Shown piece after piece: positions 1 through 14,638 of a stretch of DNA of 64,000 bases. The notes under the pieces are model-generated. The model had not been told where the DNA came from, did no database searches, and saw nothing but the letters and a program-made list of their open reading frames with translations. A program made the position numbers and the translations under genes. Each line of letters starts with the position of its first letter. The stretch's first letter is position 1. Source of the stretch: Nageia nagi (lineage: Eukaryota; Plantae; Pinophyta); assembly GCA_050084985.1 (NCBI GenBank), contig JBITNC010000002.1, positions 20,088,001-20,152,000 of the forward strand, read 5' to 3'.

Positions 1-2385
1 TAGGAAGTGATGTGAGTAGTGCAACAACTTGGGTGTGAGGGGAGACTGTGGGGCAACCCAAGTGCTCTAGATATAGGCCCTGTAAAGCATGTCTCTGATT
101 GAAGCTAGTGTAACATTTGGGTTTTTATTTATGTCTCCCTGGGGTATATGTAACTGATTCGATGAAAACCCAAAGCACTTCAATGCCTTGAAGACCTTAG
201 AGAACCAACACCAACAATAATCATAAGCTATCAAGTCCATGGATGATGCCAAGGCTCTGTAGAGGAGTCGATCATCTTGACTTGTAAAAGCAAAGGTATG
301 TAGATGATGAAGAAAAATGACCATCAAAGCAAGGGACCATATCTGTAAAGGCTGGCAGCCAAACTTTGCCAACATGATGTGGTGCAGAATAGACCTCTTG
401 CTCCAAATAGAGTGAGATAGCGTGCCAACCAAGATCCTCTCATCTGTGGCCCAGTACGAGCTCCTCAAGCTAGGGCCTCAAACCTTAGAACCATACAATA
501 TTATGGGAGTGACCAAGGTGTGGAATATCTAGAGCTTGGATGGGATATCCTAGAAATGGAATTGGACACACTGTCTCTCTAAGGAGGAAACTGCTACATA
601 TCTGCATCAAACTTTGGGTGTGACAATAGAGTGCATGGAGAATCGAGTCCAATGAAGAGCACTCCCAGGTAGGTGTAAGATGTGGCGATCTCAATAACCC
701 TATATTTATAAGTGATACAAGTCTAATCAATAATGGTATTTGAGGTGTTGAAGACTACAATATTGGTTTTATTGAGATTAACCACCAATTCTTGTTTGGT
801 GCTGAACAAATTGAGGGTATCCATTAAACACTAAAGACCCTTTGATGTGTGGGAGAGTAGTATAATATCATCAACAAAGAGGAGGATGGGGACACAAGTG
901 TTATGGAGAAGACACTCAATTTTGATACCTACAATCTCGAGTATAAGTGACTCCAACTCATCAATATAAAGATCAAAGAGAGTCAAAGAAAGTGGGCAAC
1001 CCTACTTCACCCTAATGGTGCTATGAATCATGTCAGATAGACATTCTGCAGTATGCACCCTCCTTGAAACTGACTCGTATAATGTCAAGATGGTTGTAAG
1101 GCCTAGCTCGGGGATCCCCACCTATCTAAGTCTATCCATGAGTCTGTGATGCAGGATAATATCATAAGACTTCCTAAAATCTATAAAACACTAAAAATTA
1201 GGGTCTTTTGAAACCTAGCCTCCTTAATAATTACTCGAGGAGTGAGGATGTGATCGATGGTATGGTGATCTCTACGAAAACTTGCCTATCCTCCTACCCT
1301 AAAGCCTTAAGCATTTGTCAACTGAGATATGTAGTGCTTAAGAATGGTGGTATAAAGCTTGACCATAGTGTGGCCAATCATAATGGTGCAATAATTACTC
1401 AGGTCACATGGATCACCTAATTTATGGATGGGATGGATAATGTTCATGGTCCAGGAGGTGGAGAAGCCAATGCAAATGATGTGTTGAAGAACTAGGAGAG
1501 GAAGGGGGCAGAATGAGACTGACATGTTTGAGGTATTTGGCTTGAAGGTTTATGATGTCAAGCGCTTTCCTAGAACTAAGCTTACAGATGGCTTTATGGA
1601 TGAGGGAGGGGGAAAAGAAGTTAAAGGATAAGGGGTGAGTGATAATGGGTGAGGGGATGTGGTTTGGATCAGTGTAGAGCTTAGAGGCTAAATGTTCCAA
1701 TCCTACAAGGTGATGAGGATAGTGTGGTGTCATCTAAGTTAAAAGGAGTGCCAAAAAGATTTGGGGTCAATGTGGAGTGTCAAGATGATCTCTTGTTATG
1801 TTTTGGCCAAGAAGTAGCATTTCTTAGACCTCAAAAGCTGATAGTAAGAGCAATGTAGGGAATGGATGACACGAGGGGTGTGTGCGAGGGTGATGGCCTA
1901 TTTGAGTTGGTGATGGATGGATTTACACTCCATATCAAACCATTGGTTCATCTGAGAGTGGCCAAGACAATGGGGGTGAGGGGGAGGGTGGGTGATGTGA
2001 GGGAAAATTTGCATGATGATGGAGTGCAAGGTCTCAAAAAGGAAAAGCGCTTGGTCATTGATGGAAGAGGGAGAGTGCATGTGGGGAAGTTTTTATTTCT
2101 AGACAAAGCTATAATTGGGGAGAAGATCTCGATCAAACTAGATGATTGTATGAGGTGTGGGAGGGGTGTAGTGACAGGTTGACACGGGGGGGATGGGGGG
2201 AGAGTTTATGAGCAAAAGTGTCAGGTGGGCATGGTTGGCAAGGGGGAGATAAGGGGCTACATAGAAGGTCTGACAAAGGGGGACAAGTGGGGTGTTAACA
2301 AGGATGTAGTCCACAACACTGGACCCACCTGCATGGGGAAAACATGTGTGATGACAAGAGTGGGGAAATTGAGCAATACCATTTG
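1..2385 (-). mobile_element. Degenerate non-LTR retrotransposon (LINE) ORF2: APE endonuclease end plus reverse transcriptase; 5'-truncated, runs off the left edge
   Basis: Minus-strand motifs in correct order: GGSSVVDYILV (endonuclease, ~2300-2330), CFIDFRKSYD (~1160-1190), RVK*GCPLSLTLFDLYIDELE (~950-1015), ILLFVDDIILL (~855-890). Many stops. Composition switches abruptly to AT-rich at ~2385. Confidence 0.85.
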
Positions 2386-2939
2386 ATTTAAGCCTTGGTC
2401 CAAAATAAATCTTCTTAGCTATTAAAAAGAAAAAAAAATGGATGTTGTTGATTTTGTTCTTTATCATTATTTGCTTTTCACATTTTTTTGTTAGCAAATT
2501 TACTTTCATATTCAGCTTCATTTTATTTTTTTTATTTTCTTTACATTTATAAATAAAAGTATCTTGCAAGCCATTTTTTTTTGCTGAAACCATTCTTGCA
2601 GGACCAATTTTTTAGAATTAGATTTCATGTATAAGGGGTTCAGCCCTATCCATGCCAACATGGTCACCATTGATTGGACTTTAGCAAGCAATTTCATTTC
2701 ATATTATTTGTTTACTTATGCTTTTTATTCATGCATTTAGTTTTAGTATTAAATTTTGTACTTTGTTTTGTGTTTGTTTAGTTAGGTTTTCTTTTAGACA
2801 AAAATCTCAAACATATAATTCGATTAGTTATGTGTGTTTTTTTTTATTTGTACTTGAAATATGATTTCATAAAAAAAAAAAAAACAAATCAAGTCATACT
2901 TTATATTTAGATATTTTTCCCTATTCACTTGCACTTTGC

Positions 2940-3608
2940 TTATGGAAAGCAATTATCATAGAAAATGCACAAAATAAATGTAGTTTGAAGGCTCTGAAGT
3001 GTTCTTAGAAAATGCAATTGATTAGTTTCATACTAGAATCAATAACCTTTACAAGTGTTCTACCAACATATGCTAACTCAACATCTTTACAAGAAAGCAT
3101 AAACACCCATAAAAAAATAAGAAGTGGTTTTCACTTGAATGTCATTGTGACAAATATTTTGATAGATGCTATGTTTGGTAATATACAAAAATATCACAAA
3201 GAGATATCATCTCATGGAATGCAATGATTACATAATATGCACAAAATGAGCTTCATGAGGAGGCTTTAAATATTTTTGAGGGAATGCAACAAAGTGATGT
3301 TGCACCATGTTTTCCAATTTGTTGGTCTACGTGTCAACTCAACATCCTTGGAAGAGTGTTGAAATCCATCGAAAATTAGTAAAAAATGGTTTTCATTGTG
3401 ATGTTGAATGCTATGATAGACATGCATGCTAAATTTGGGAATATGCACAAGGTCCACATATTGTTTGACAAAATAACATATAAGAAAATGTTACCAAAGA
3501 ATACAACAATTATAGGGTATGTACAAAATTTGTTTCTTGATAAAGCACTCAAAATTTTTAAGGAAATACCTCAAAGAGATACAATCTCATAGAATGCAAT
3601 GATCATAG
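2940..3608 (+). pseudogene. PLS-class pentatricopeptide repeat (PPR) pseudogene fragment
   Basis: Frameshifted PPR motifs: SITFTSVLPTYAN, SGFHLNVIVTNILIDAMFG, DIISWNAMI, NAMIDMHAKFGNMHKVHILFDKI, KALKIFKEIPQRDTIS*NAMI. Interrupted at 3608. Confidence 0.85.
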
Positions 3609-6398
3609 TGTAGCCACCTAAATATGATTTGTATTTTATATAAAGTCATATTTAAGGTATCGAATAATAATATTATAAAAAATACCATAATCAATGTAAT
3701 TGGTGTGAATATCAAGAAAAACACCACAAATTAGGTAATTCATGTAAATCTCAAGAAGCATAAGTATCAAAGATGCTCAGCTACAAAAAAAGATCACAAG
3801 AAAAACATTCCTTATTAGATGAGATTAGATACAATCCTCACAACTAGATAGACCAACTTCAAGATTGATCCATGACACTCCAAATAGATGCCAAGGAGAT
3901 TTCCATGTAGATTTGGATATGAATCAACCTATAAAGGGACCACCAAGTGATCGGTGATAACCTTCGACTCACCTGGATAAAACTTAATGGTTGGCAATGA
4001 AATCCAACATCATTAAACCATTTGAATTGTGTGTGAATGCGATTAATCTACTTATTTTTATGTTTTTTTATGTTTTGTAAATGAATCTAGAAAAATAAAA
4101 TGTTAAACAAAGAGTATAAGCTTACTAATGCAAATTCAAAGCTATCTTAATATGAGATAATGCAACCTAGGGAGTAATATGGAGAAGAGAAGAACTACAT
4201 GCAAATTTTTACTACCTAAATGCTTAAGGTAAATAAACAAATGACTAAGCAAAGATGAAAGGAAGAAATGTATGATTTATATTTGATCTTACAAAAATAA
4301 AGAAGAACATAGGTTGAGAAGGTTGCTAGAGAACTTTGTGTGTTGAGTTTGTTGTGCAAAAAAAATCATCTATATGATTATGGCTAAACAAAACCATTAA
4401 CATGGCTATATCTTAGACTGTGTGACTTCTAGAAATGAGGTTTATGATGTGTATGTTCAATACTTATGGACTAATTATAGAAAGTTTTGTAATAAAATTT
4501 TATAGAAAAATAGTAAGAAAACTTTAAATGAAAAAGGAAAGAAAATGAAAAGAATGCTAAACTATGAATATAAGAAAAGAAAAAGAAAACACAAGCCTTG
4601 TTTGTCCCCATTTAGCTTAATATTGATGATATTCTTTGGTTGTCAAGTGTAGGATCTTCTTTGGTGGAGAAAGGTCTTCAACATCTACTTAGTAACCCTT
4701 TTTAATTCTTATGCTATGTGAGGTTATTGCATCATGCATCAAAAGTGAAGTACTCCAATCAACCCTATTCAATTAGATAATTAAATGTTAGTGGGTTAGT
4801 TAAATCCTTTAAAAACTTTAAGAAAGCTTTGTAAAAACCATGATTATTTTCAATACTCTTGAAGAAATGTAAACACAATTAATTAAAGTAACACTAAACC
4901 AAAATAAAAGAAAAGAAAAACTTAAAAGCAAATAATTAGCCAAACACCCTCTCTAAAATACAAGTCACTACACAAAGCAACTTAACGTTTTAGTCGTGAT
5001 TAAATAATTGTAATAACATAGGAGAGTTGATGTTTGTTACCTAATATGCTTGATTGTGTTGTATGGAACAATACCTAATTATTTACATATTGTATCTAAG
5101 TTGATACAAAATTGTTGCAATGCTTGTGATTTTTTAATCGTTTTAACAACTACAAGAAAGTTGCTATAACTAACACTTGGTTGTTTGAGGTCAATCTAGA
5201 TAGTACATATATAATGTTATGTATGAATCAAAGAACATAGAGAAAAAAAGAAAATATGAGATCATTACAATGAATATGAGTTATCAAAACCATTGCAATG
5301 ATTATGAGTTATGTGAACTAACACTTGGATGTTTGAGGTTAGTATAGATAGTGCAAATATGATGTTTTGGGTTTATGAACCATAAAAGAAAAATATAAAG
5401 TTGTATACTAGCCTATATGTTAAAACACACAAAGATGATAAATAACAAAAGTAGTAAACTAAGTCACTTTCACCCTTGCATGGAATGGGGTTGGTCCCAT
5501 CGATTGTGCTAGAATGTAAGCACCAGTAATGACACCTCCTTTGCAATGTACCTCAATAACAAGTTTCTATTCTAGTAAAATGCATATCAATGGGTTACAA
5601 TGGTGGCTTCAATGGCCAATACAAAATGGCTTGGTATAGCCATGAAGCATGAGACAAAGAGATTAAGTGTTACTCAAGGAAAGTGGGTTTATGACCACTT
5701 TGAACCTGAAATGAACTACTTGCAAGCTAGCCATAAGAACATGAGATAAACGACTTGGACTTACCATAAGAGATGAAGTCCAACCTAGATATAATATGAT
5801 AAACAAGTTCACATTCTTATAAAATTTTATCTATTTGATAGACTAGTAGTAAATAGAGGCTATGCATATGTCAAAGAACATAATTAGAAAGAGACAAAAG
5901 TACAAAATGTATACCTCACAAAACTATCCTAAGGGAGCAATCTTGATTGCAAAATTATCCCCAAAGGAGCGATCTTGATTGTGCTAAACTTTTCTCAAAT
6001 ATGCTTTTGTGGGTGATCTTGAAACATTCCCAGATGCTTGTTGTTGAAGTTTATGGGCTTTCTAAATCACCCTTTGGAAATTATTAAACAAAACAAACAT
6101 TCCTATGCATGTAGATTCTACACTAGCTCCCATGTTTGGAAACCATAAAAGTTATGCTATGAGCTCACAAGAGGTGATTGGATTGAGTGGAAATTTTGGA
6201 AGGATGCCCCTTTGTAAAATCTTAAATTCTTAACCTATCCTTATGCTATATCAACTTTATTTGCTATATCTTTTAAAATGAAATAGTGGCTTATTTATAG
6301 ATTTTCAAAGATGTTGGGTTAGCTTAACTAGTGGAGGATTAAGATTCTAACTAGAGTTTACAGAGGAATATTAAAGATATAAGCTACCTAAGATTATA

Positions 6399-6820
6399 TT
6401 TGATTTGATTTCATTGGGAAGAGTTTACATATTATTCTCTTAATTTTTATTTAGGAAAATTAGGAAGCTTTACATGTAAGCTAACTTTAACTAAGATTTG
6501 AGCATCATTAGGTTAGATTTTGGGTGAGTTAAACATTTGATTTTATTTCATAGGGAATAGTTTGCATATTATTCTCCTCATTTTTATTTAGAAAAATTAG
6601 AAAGCTTAGCATGCAAACTAACTTTAACTCGTATTTGAGCATAGCTAGGTTTGATTTTGGGTGAGTTAAAGATTTGATTTGGTTTCATTAGGAAGAGTTT
6701 ACATATTATTCTCTTAATTTTTATTTAGGAAAATTAGAAAGATTAGCATTCAAGCTAACTTTAACTAGGATTTGAGCATGGTTAGGTTAGATTTGGGTGA
6801 GTTAAAGATTTGATTTGATT
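6399..6820. repeat. Tandem repeat, ~137 bp unit x ~3
   Basis: Motif tgggtgagttaaa recurs at 6521, 6658 and 6794; the intervening sequence aligns. Confidence 0.85.
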
Positions 6821-7039
6821 TGGAAGAGGGGGGAGCATTAATGAGGATAATTAATAGGTAAGGCTAGTCATATTAGGGGTTAGTATTATGCTAACTTTAC
6901 CCTCTAGTTCAGTTAGTGTCCTAAATTTAACCCTTAGTATATTTAGGAATTTGGTAATATCAAGTAGATATTAATAAGTAGAGCATTAAATGAGGGTAGT
7001 TTATAGGTAAGACTAATCACATGGGGGATTAGTACTATG

Positions 7040-7519
7040 TGTTGGAATGTATAATGCATTATTGTAAAGGTTTGTATTAAATCTTATATGTAAGTTCACG
7101 AATACTTAAGGGTATCATTTGATACCTTAAGTATTTAAGTGAATATGATAATGTAACTTGTCCTACACTCCATGTCGATGTGCATGTTATGCTTTTGTAC
7201 TTTGGATAAAAGGGTGATCCAAAGAGAGATTTTGGCCTATAAATAGAAGGCTCCCTTTTTGTGATTACACACCAATTGTGGAGTAAAGTTGTGCTATAGG
7301 ATAGTGGTTAGGAGAAAAGAGTAGGAGCATCATAAGAGAGTTGTATTTGTGATTGAAGTAAAGATCTAGTTAGTGGATATGCTTCTAGTTAGAGGAACCA
7401 CTTTACATCTTGAGTTACTTTGTGAGATTATCTTATTTGTGAGTTAGTTAGATGTGTATTGTGAGTTTTCAAGAGATCTTGGTTGTTTAGGAATAATCTT
7501 GTTAGTGTTAGTTCCTTCA
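7040..7519 (+). repeat. Copia-1 5' LTR (480 bp, carries a 24-bp deletion)
   Basis: Aligns to 15100-15603 with ~27 mismatches. Lacks atgagcatgccccttgggtaaaag, which the other three family LTRs have. Confidence 0.95.
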
Positions 7520-7522
7520 AAT

Positions 7523-7534
7523 TGGTATCAGAGC
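7523..7534 (+). promoter_or_regulatory. Primer-binding site (initiator tRNA-Met) of Copia-1
   Basis: tggtatcagagc, 3 nt after the LTR end. Confidence 0.95.
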
Positions 7535-10343
7535 ACCTTGGAAGCTCCTCTTCACATCCTTGGTGTGGAAACTCTTCTTCACCCCTCATCTTACTCTTCA
7601 TTGTGAGGTAAAATCAAGAGAAGGTATAATGTCCTTCATTTTGTTTTTTTGGCTTATTTTTACTAACATATTTTGTAACATCTGTTAGTTTCTTTTTTTG
7701 CAAATATGATAAAAAATAACAACATAATGAAATTTTTATACTAACCTTTTTTTTAGTTACATACTCTTACAAATACTTTTAAGAGGATAGTATACAATTT
7801 TTTTTTTCAAAATGCTTAAACTTAGCAATATTTTGTAATGCAATCTTTTAAATATTTTTTTGCTACTTGCAATTTTTTAAAGATTGCTTAATATATTGCT
7901 ACAATTTTATTTTAAAAAAAAGGATTAGTATACAAAATTTGTGAAATATGACAAAGGTATATTTTATAGCTTTTTTTTCTACTCAAATAAGAATAGGCAA
8001 CATTTATTTATTGTAATTTTTTTTAATATTACAAAGCAAACATTTTATAAAAATTTGTTTGCAATTTCAACATCAAAATAGTATAAAGTTTTTCAATGGG
8101 CATATATTTATTTTTTTTGGCCTATTGTTGAGCCTTCTCCCTAGCGATGGCCTAACGGAAGCCTTAGCTCCTCCTTACAGCCAGGAAAACAAAGAGGCAC
8201 CTGCCACCATTAACCTCCCTTGCACTAGTCAGTTGGCCCTCTCTCTCTCGACCGCTCGACCCTCTCTCCTACAGGCTGCTCCATGGCATCTAAGCCCCTC
8301 CTTCTATGCATTTTTTGTTGAAAGGACCCTACAACCTCCTACGCACATAGTAAAACGACCCATTAACTAGGCCCTTATGAACACCTGTTGTAATCTCCTC
8401 TATCGTAGCTGACCCTTGCTCATGTTTTTTATTTGTTCCTACCATTGTGGAGACCATGTTGGAAACCACATTGAGAATGTCCTATGCTAAGTGGCCCTCA
8501 CGACTTCTTCTTGGTCCTCCTCTTGCTTCCCCATGCACGGTTGGAAAACCTTTGCAGAGTTGAAGTCCAAAATGCTCATGTTTTTTGTTTGATCTGCATT
8601 TTGACCCCTTCTAACCATGACCTTCCTCCTTTGGTCTTCTTTGCGCATTTAAACTTGACCCCTATCATCTATTTATTCTTATAGCTTGTTGAAACTTCAA
8701 TGCGATGTCAAAATGCCCTCGCTTCCCCTCCTTACATCTCTATCCTTCTTCTCTGTGCATTACTCTTTAACCTAGTTGTTGTGCATTTATGAAGTAGCAT
8801 GGAGAATTTTTTGCACCATTTAAAGTTTGTATTTTTCTTTTTCCTTAAGCAAGTCCATTCTAGAAAGAAAGCTTTTCATCATGTCTCATTAACTTCTGAC
8901 TTGAAGTAGAGGTAGAGTTAAAGATTAAATGATGAAGTAGAGGAATTTTTTTTTTGAGACTATTATTAATTTCAAGAATAATTTCTTTTACTTAGGCATG
9001 CCATGGGGCAATTTTGTATGCTCTAATCAATTACAATTTTTTTACCTTAGTAAAACTACAATTTTCTTATTGCAATTAAGACACTAGCATTTTTTTAAAA
9101 AGTAACCTAATAATTTTTAACCATTTAATGAATAACATCTTACTCATGACTATTTTAAGTAAAAAGGGGGAAGATAATTTTACTTAAAATTTCAAAGTTA
9201 TATGGAATATTTGATGGCTTCATTTATGCATAAAATTTTTACTTAAAAAAATTATTATGAAATAATGCATATGTAGGAACTATGCATGCTTACTTAAATT
9301 TTTTGAATAATGCATGCTTTGTATCTAAAATTTTTAAGTTAAAAAATGCATGCTTCCTATTTTTTTAAGTTAATAGTGCATGCCTACTTAATTTTTTAGA
9401 TCTTTGATATAAATAGACTTATGTAAATTAAGTAGATGATGCATGCCTATTAGATTAAGGAATGATGCATACTTAATTTTTTTTAATTATGGATTGATGC
9501 ATGCTAAGTATGTTCTTATGCAAAGTTAAAATGACTTGAGTAAATTATGGCATATTTATCCTTTATGCAAAGTTAACTTAAGCAAATTATGGAATTAATG
9601 CATGATTATGCTTAAGTATTTATCATTTTTTCTTGCAAAGTTAACTTATGCAAATTATGGACCTATGTAAATATGTCCTTTAAGGGTTAGTAAACAAAAT
9701 CCATTGGACTCTTAGATTTCAAATTGAATGGATGATGTTTAATTTTATGCTATTTTACTTCATGTTTCACATCTTGATTTATTTTACTTATGCAAAAATG
9801 CAAACATTGACATGAGTAACCCCCTTAAATGAACACATCCGCATGTACATTCTGCAACATGACTTGTTTGGGAAGCCATAAGGTGAGGACAAGTGGACTG
9901 GAGCCTTTAAGTCCAACAATCCAAGTGGTGAAAAGTTTGTACTTCTTAATTGCCCCTAAGTCCTCTATTGGTTTAGACATAACTCTATTAGGTGGATAGG
10001 CATGTGTGTAGTAATACCACATGTTCACACGTCCATTCAGGGATTATCTTGATAACCTAAGAGGAAAAATTAAAATCTAATCAAGATTAATAATTCGATC
10101 GATCCAATAAATGTTAAAACCTTAAAAAATTGCTAGTACTTCTCCTTCTGAGAGTATATTGCTGCCCAAGGAGAACTGGTTGAGGATTGGTAAGACCTGG
10201 GCTCCTTTTGTGTGGGCATCTAGGTGAAGGCCTAATTCTAAACAAGAAAATAAGCCTCAACAATGTCATTCTACATCTATAGTTCTTAAGATGAGAAATG
10301 TATTTGGGTACATGGGTTATTATTTCATATTATTATGTAGCAA

Positions 10344-13300
10344 ATGGGAGTCTTTTTTATCCAAACACATTCTTGATGGTTTCAACTATGGAATTTAGAA
10401 ACCTCATATGAGAGCTGAATTGCAGGCATAGAAGCTTTGGCAAAGAGTGAATGAAAACCTTATACCTCCTACAGATGAGAAGAAACTAAAGGCTTACAAC
10501 ATAAAGAATGAGTTGGCAACCTTCATGATTTAGCATGCAATTTTAGATTATGTGCTCCTAATGATTTCCTCTTCAACCTTGGTAAAAGAAACTTGAGATA
10601 AGCTTAAACAAATCTACCTTGGTTCAAACTTTTCAAAAAGGTTTACCATTCTCCAAAAGTTGCTTCAATCTCATCAAGGGGAAGATGAAAATGTGGCTAT
10701 CTACTTGAACAAAATCATTCACCTAAGGACCCAACTTATTTCTTATGAGTGCAATTGGATAAATGATGACTTCATGGTCTTCATCATTCTTCAAAGCCTC
10801 TCTTCAAAGTTTAGAAACTTTATGATAGTTATAGAAATAAAGCTTGATGATGAAAAAGAAGTCTTCTCCCTTGAGAACCTTTCAAGGCACATATTGAAGC
10901 ATGAGAAAGCCCTTGACAATAAGGTGTTGATTTCTTTTGCTAAGTATAATAACGTTGCCTTTGGTGTAATCAAAACTTCTTTCAAGAAGAAGTTTAATCA
11001 TCAAAAGAAATATTATCTTTCTTCTTAAAAAAGGTTTGAAAAAAGAGGTAATGGCTACAACAAGAATAGAAATAATAGAAACAACAACCACAACAGTAGG
11101 AACAATGGCAACAACAATCATTTCAAGTAAAGATATGGAAAAGGAAAAATAAACACTCTTTATCCTAAGGAAAAGTTTGATGAAAAATATAACTATTATG
11201 GCATCCAAAGTCATAAAAAAATTGATTTCTACAAAAAAAAAGAAAAAAAAAGAATAAAGGCAATGAAAATGTAAAGAACTACAAAGGAAAGAAAAATATT
11301 CATGCTAGTTTTGTTGCAGTGTTCTCTCCTTATCTTGCTCTTTTTCATTTGAATGGATTGTTGACTCTGGTTGCACTAATCATCTATGCTTTGAAAAAGA
11401 AAAATTTGAGAACTTTCATAAGTATAAAAAAGATGTCGTTGTGATAGGAGATAACTCTACCCTTGAAGTCCAAGGAATTGGTAGTGTGCTAATTCACGAA
11501 GGGTTCTTGAAAATATTCTCTATGTTCCTAAGTTAAGGATGAACCTTCTTTTCATGATCCAAGTTGCTAGAAAAGGGTACTTTTTTGAGTTCAACTCTCA
11601 ATCATGGTGCATTAAGAAAGGACTTTCCACTTTGGTTAAAAGATCAGTGAAAGATAACCTCTACATTAGGGATTAAGTTCCATCAAAGATATGTCTTGCT
11701 TCTAGTGTGTTTTCTAAAGGTAATCTTTGGCACCATCGTATAAGACACCTTAACCATAAGAGTATTCAAGTCATGAAAGACCAAGAACTTGTGAAAGGTT
11801 TGCCTTTAATTTCTCCTTCGGTTGGTCTATGTGAGAAGTGCATTCTTAGTAAAATGCATAGATAAAAGTTTGAAAAAGATAAGGCAACAAGAGCATCTCA
11901 ACCTCTTCAACTTGTGCATTCAGATTTGATGGATTCATTTTAGAATAAGTTACTTCGAGGAGCATCTTATGTCTTGACCTTCATTGATGACTTTAGTAGG
12001 ATGACCTTTGGTTATTTAATTCAGCATAAGGATTAAACCTTTAAGAGTTTTAAAGTTTTTAAGGCCTTTGTTGAGAATTAAACTAACCTTAAAATTAAAA
12101 TATTGAGATCAGTTAATGGGAGAGAATATAATAGCAATGAGTTCAATGACTATTATGCTAAGTATGGAATCAAGAGGTAGTTTACAATTCCATACACTCC
12201 TCAGCAGAACAGTGTTGTTAAAAAGAAAAATAGAATAATTATAAATATGGCTAGATGCATGTTGGGTAATCTTCCTAAGTTTTTGTGGGGTGAATCTATG
12301 AGCACTACTATTTACACCTTGATTAGGTGTTCCACATAAGCCATTTAGAGTAAAACTCCTTTTGAGGGTCAGAAAGAAAACTTAACATTTCTCACCTTAA
12401 GGTGTTTGGTTATGAAGCTTTCTTCTACATTATTTTTGAGAAAAAGAAGAAATTGGATAAAAGAGCTAAAAAATTCATCTTTATGGGTTATAACAATCAA
12501 CATAGAGGCTATATGCTTTACTCTTCAACTTATAAAGTAATATTCATTTCAAGGAATGTAAAGTTCAAGGAACTTCCTGATGAATTTGCTTTTAATGAGG
12601 GTGTTGATGATCCAAAGGAATCTTCAGTTGCTCTTAACTGGTTGGATATTGATGTAGACAAGTCACCTCAAGAATAAAATTCTCCAACATAAAGGGTAAC
12701 AAGGAGCATGACCTTGAACAAATCCTTAATTACCAAGATTGACAATAAGTATGAGTCCTCAACCTTTAAAGAAGCTTCTACACACAAGTGCTGGATGGAA
12801 GCCATAAAAGTCGAGTACGAGGTGCTTATGAAAAATAAAACTTGGTACTTGGTTCTTTATCCCAATGAAAAGAATATGATTGGTAATAAGTGGATTTGCA
12901 AGGTCAAGTTTAATTTAGTAGGAGATATTGAGAAATACAAGGCAAGGTTAGTAGCTAAAGGTTTTGCTCAAAAATATGATGTAGATTATAATGAAACCTT
13001 TGCTCTAATGGCAAAGATGCCTACTGTGAGTTATCCTTGCTCTTTCTGTAGCTTAAAGATGCAAAGTTTTTCAACTTGATGTTAAGAGTGCATTTCTCAA
13101 TTGTGACTTAGATGTGGAAATCTTCATGAATCAACCCGAAGGGTTTATTATGGAAGGTAGAGTCCTTTGTGTGCAAGCTAAATAAATCATTATATGGACT
13201 TAAGTAAGCACCTAGAGCCTAGTACATAAAGATTTTAAGGTACTTTATAGATATTGGATTCTTCAAGTGTTTTTTTGACTTCGATCTATATGTGCTCAAT

Positions 13301-14275
13301 CAAAGAAAAGACATGATCTTGATTCTTCTTTATGTGGATGATCTTTTGATTACTGAAAATAATGATAAAATCATTCAAGAGTGCATATCCAAACTTAAGA
13401 CAACGTTTGAAATGATTAATCTTGGTCTCTTGCATTACTATCTTGAAATGCAAGTGTATCTATACAAGGATTGTACTTACCTCAGTCAATTTAAGTATAT
13501 ATTAGACATCTTGCAAAAGTTTAGAATGGAAGAGTGTAGATATGCTGCAATCTCAGTCTCTCCTAGAATCACTGTTTCTCTAAGCTTTAACTTTCAATTA
13601 GCTAATGCTATAGCTTACAAGTAATTAATTGGTAGTCTTTTGTATTTGACTATCTCCAGGCTAGATATTACCTTTGCAGTGAATCTGATGGCATGATTCA
13701 TGCAGAAACCTTATGTTGAGCATCTCAATACTGTTAAGCAAATCTTGAGGTATGTTGCAGGGACTAAGGATCTTGCTCTCAAGTATTCCAAGTTGCCCTC
13801 GTTTATTCTCTTTGGATTCTTAGATTCTAACTATGGGGGAGATAAAGATGATAGGAAGTCAACCTTTGCATATGTGTTTAGCATTGGTTCAGGTGCTATC
13901 TCTTGGGTTTCCAAGAAGCAACCTACTATTTCTTTTTCCACCATAGAATTTGAATATTGTACCATGTTTGTTGCAGCCCAGGAAGCCATTTGGCTAAGGC
14001 ATCTTCTAAAAGACATTGGGTATGAGTAAGGTGGCTCATCTTTGATCTTTTCAGATAATTAATCAGTTATTTCTTTGGATAAGAATCTAATGTTCCATCA
14101 GAGAACAAAACATGTGGAAATCCATGCCCATTTTATCAAGGAGAAGGTTCTTGATGGTATCATCCTGGAGTATTATCCATCTACCTTGAACTTTGTTGAT
14201 TTATTCACCAAGCCCTCCCGAAAGCTCAGTTCTATAAGCTTAGGGATACTATTGGGTTGGTGAAGTTACCCTTAA
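10344..14275 (+). pseudogene. Copia-1 gag-pol polyprotein, multiply disrupted
   Basis: Gag start ATG 10344; protease WIVDSGCTNH (~11354); LWHHR...CEKC; integrase LVHSDL, YVLTFIDDFSR, PYTPQQN; RT YKARLVAKGF and LLYVDDLLI (~13325); RNase H DDRKST, RTKHVEI, DLFTKP. Confidence 0.93.
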
Positions 14276-14420
14276 GGGGGAGTGAAGTTTGGATTCTTAT
14301 GTTGAATTCATGTTTGTGATGACAACTTCACCCCTAGGAGGATTTTATGCTGTATAATGTTGATTTTGTTATACACCTTTGTGGTAAGTTCGCTTTGTGT
14401 GAAGAACTAGTTGTACAAAT

Positions 14421-14638
14421 TGGCCAATCTAGCACTATTCAGTTGTCCATGTATGAGGAACTCTTATGTGTCATTTGGCACTATTCAATTATCCATATGT
14501 GAGGAACTCGTATGTGCATACTCTATTTTTGGTCAATCTAGCATTGTTCAGTTATCCATATGTGAAGAACTCTTATGTGTCTTTTGGCACTATGTAGTTA
14601 TCCATATGTGAGGAACTTGTATGTGCATGCTCTATTTT
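14421..14638 (+). repeat. 109-bp higher-order tandem repeat x2, each unit made of two related subunits, in the Copia-1 3' region
   Basis: tgg(c/t)caatctagca recurs at 14421 and 14530; the subunit cactattca.tt.tccat..gtgaggaactc occurs four times. Confidence 0.85.

Noticed and set aside
8059-8684. ORFs in the Copia-1 GC-rich leader (and 61128-61610 in Copia-2)
   Set aside because: Translations are not conserved between the two copies.
14421-14638. CRISPR-like regularly spaced repeats
   Set aside because: Eukaryotic retroelement context; the spacers themselves repeat and there are no cas genes.
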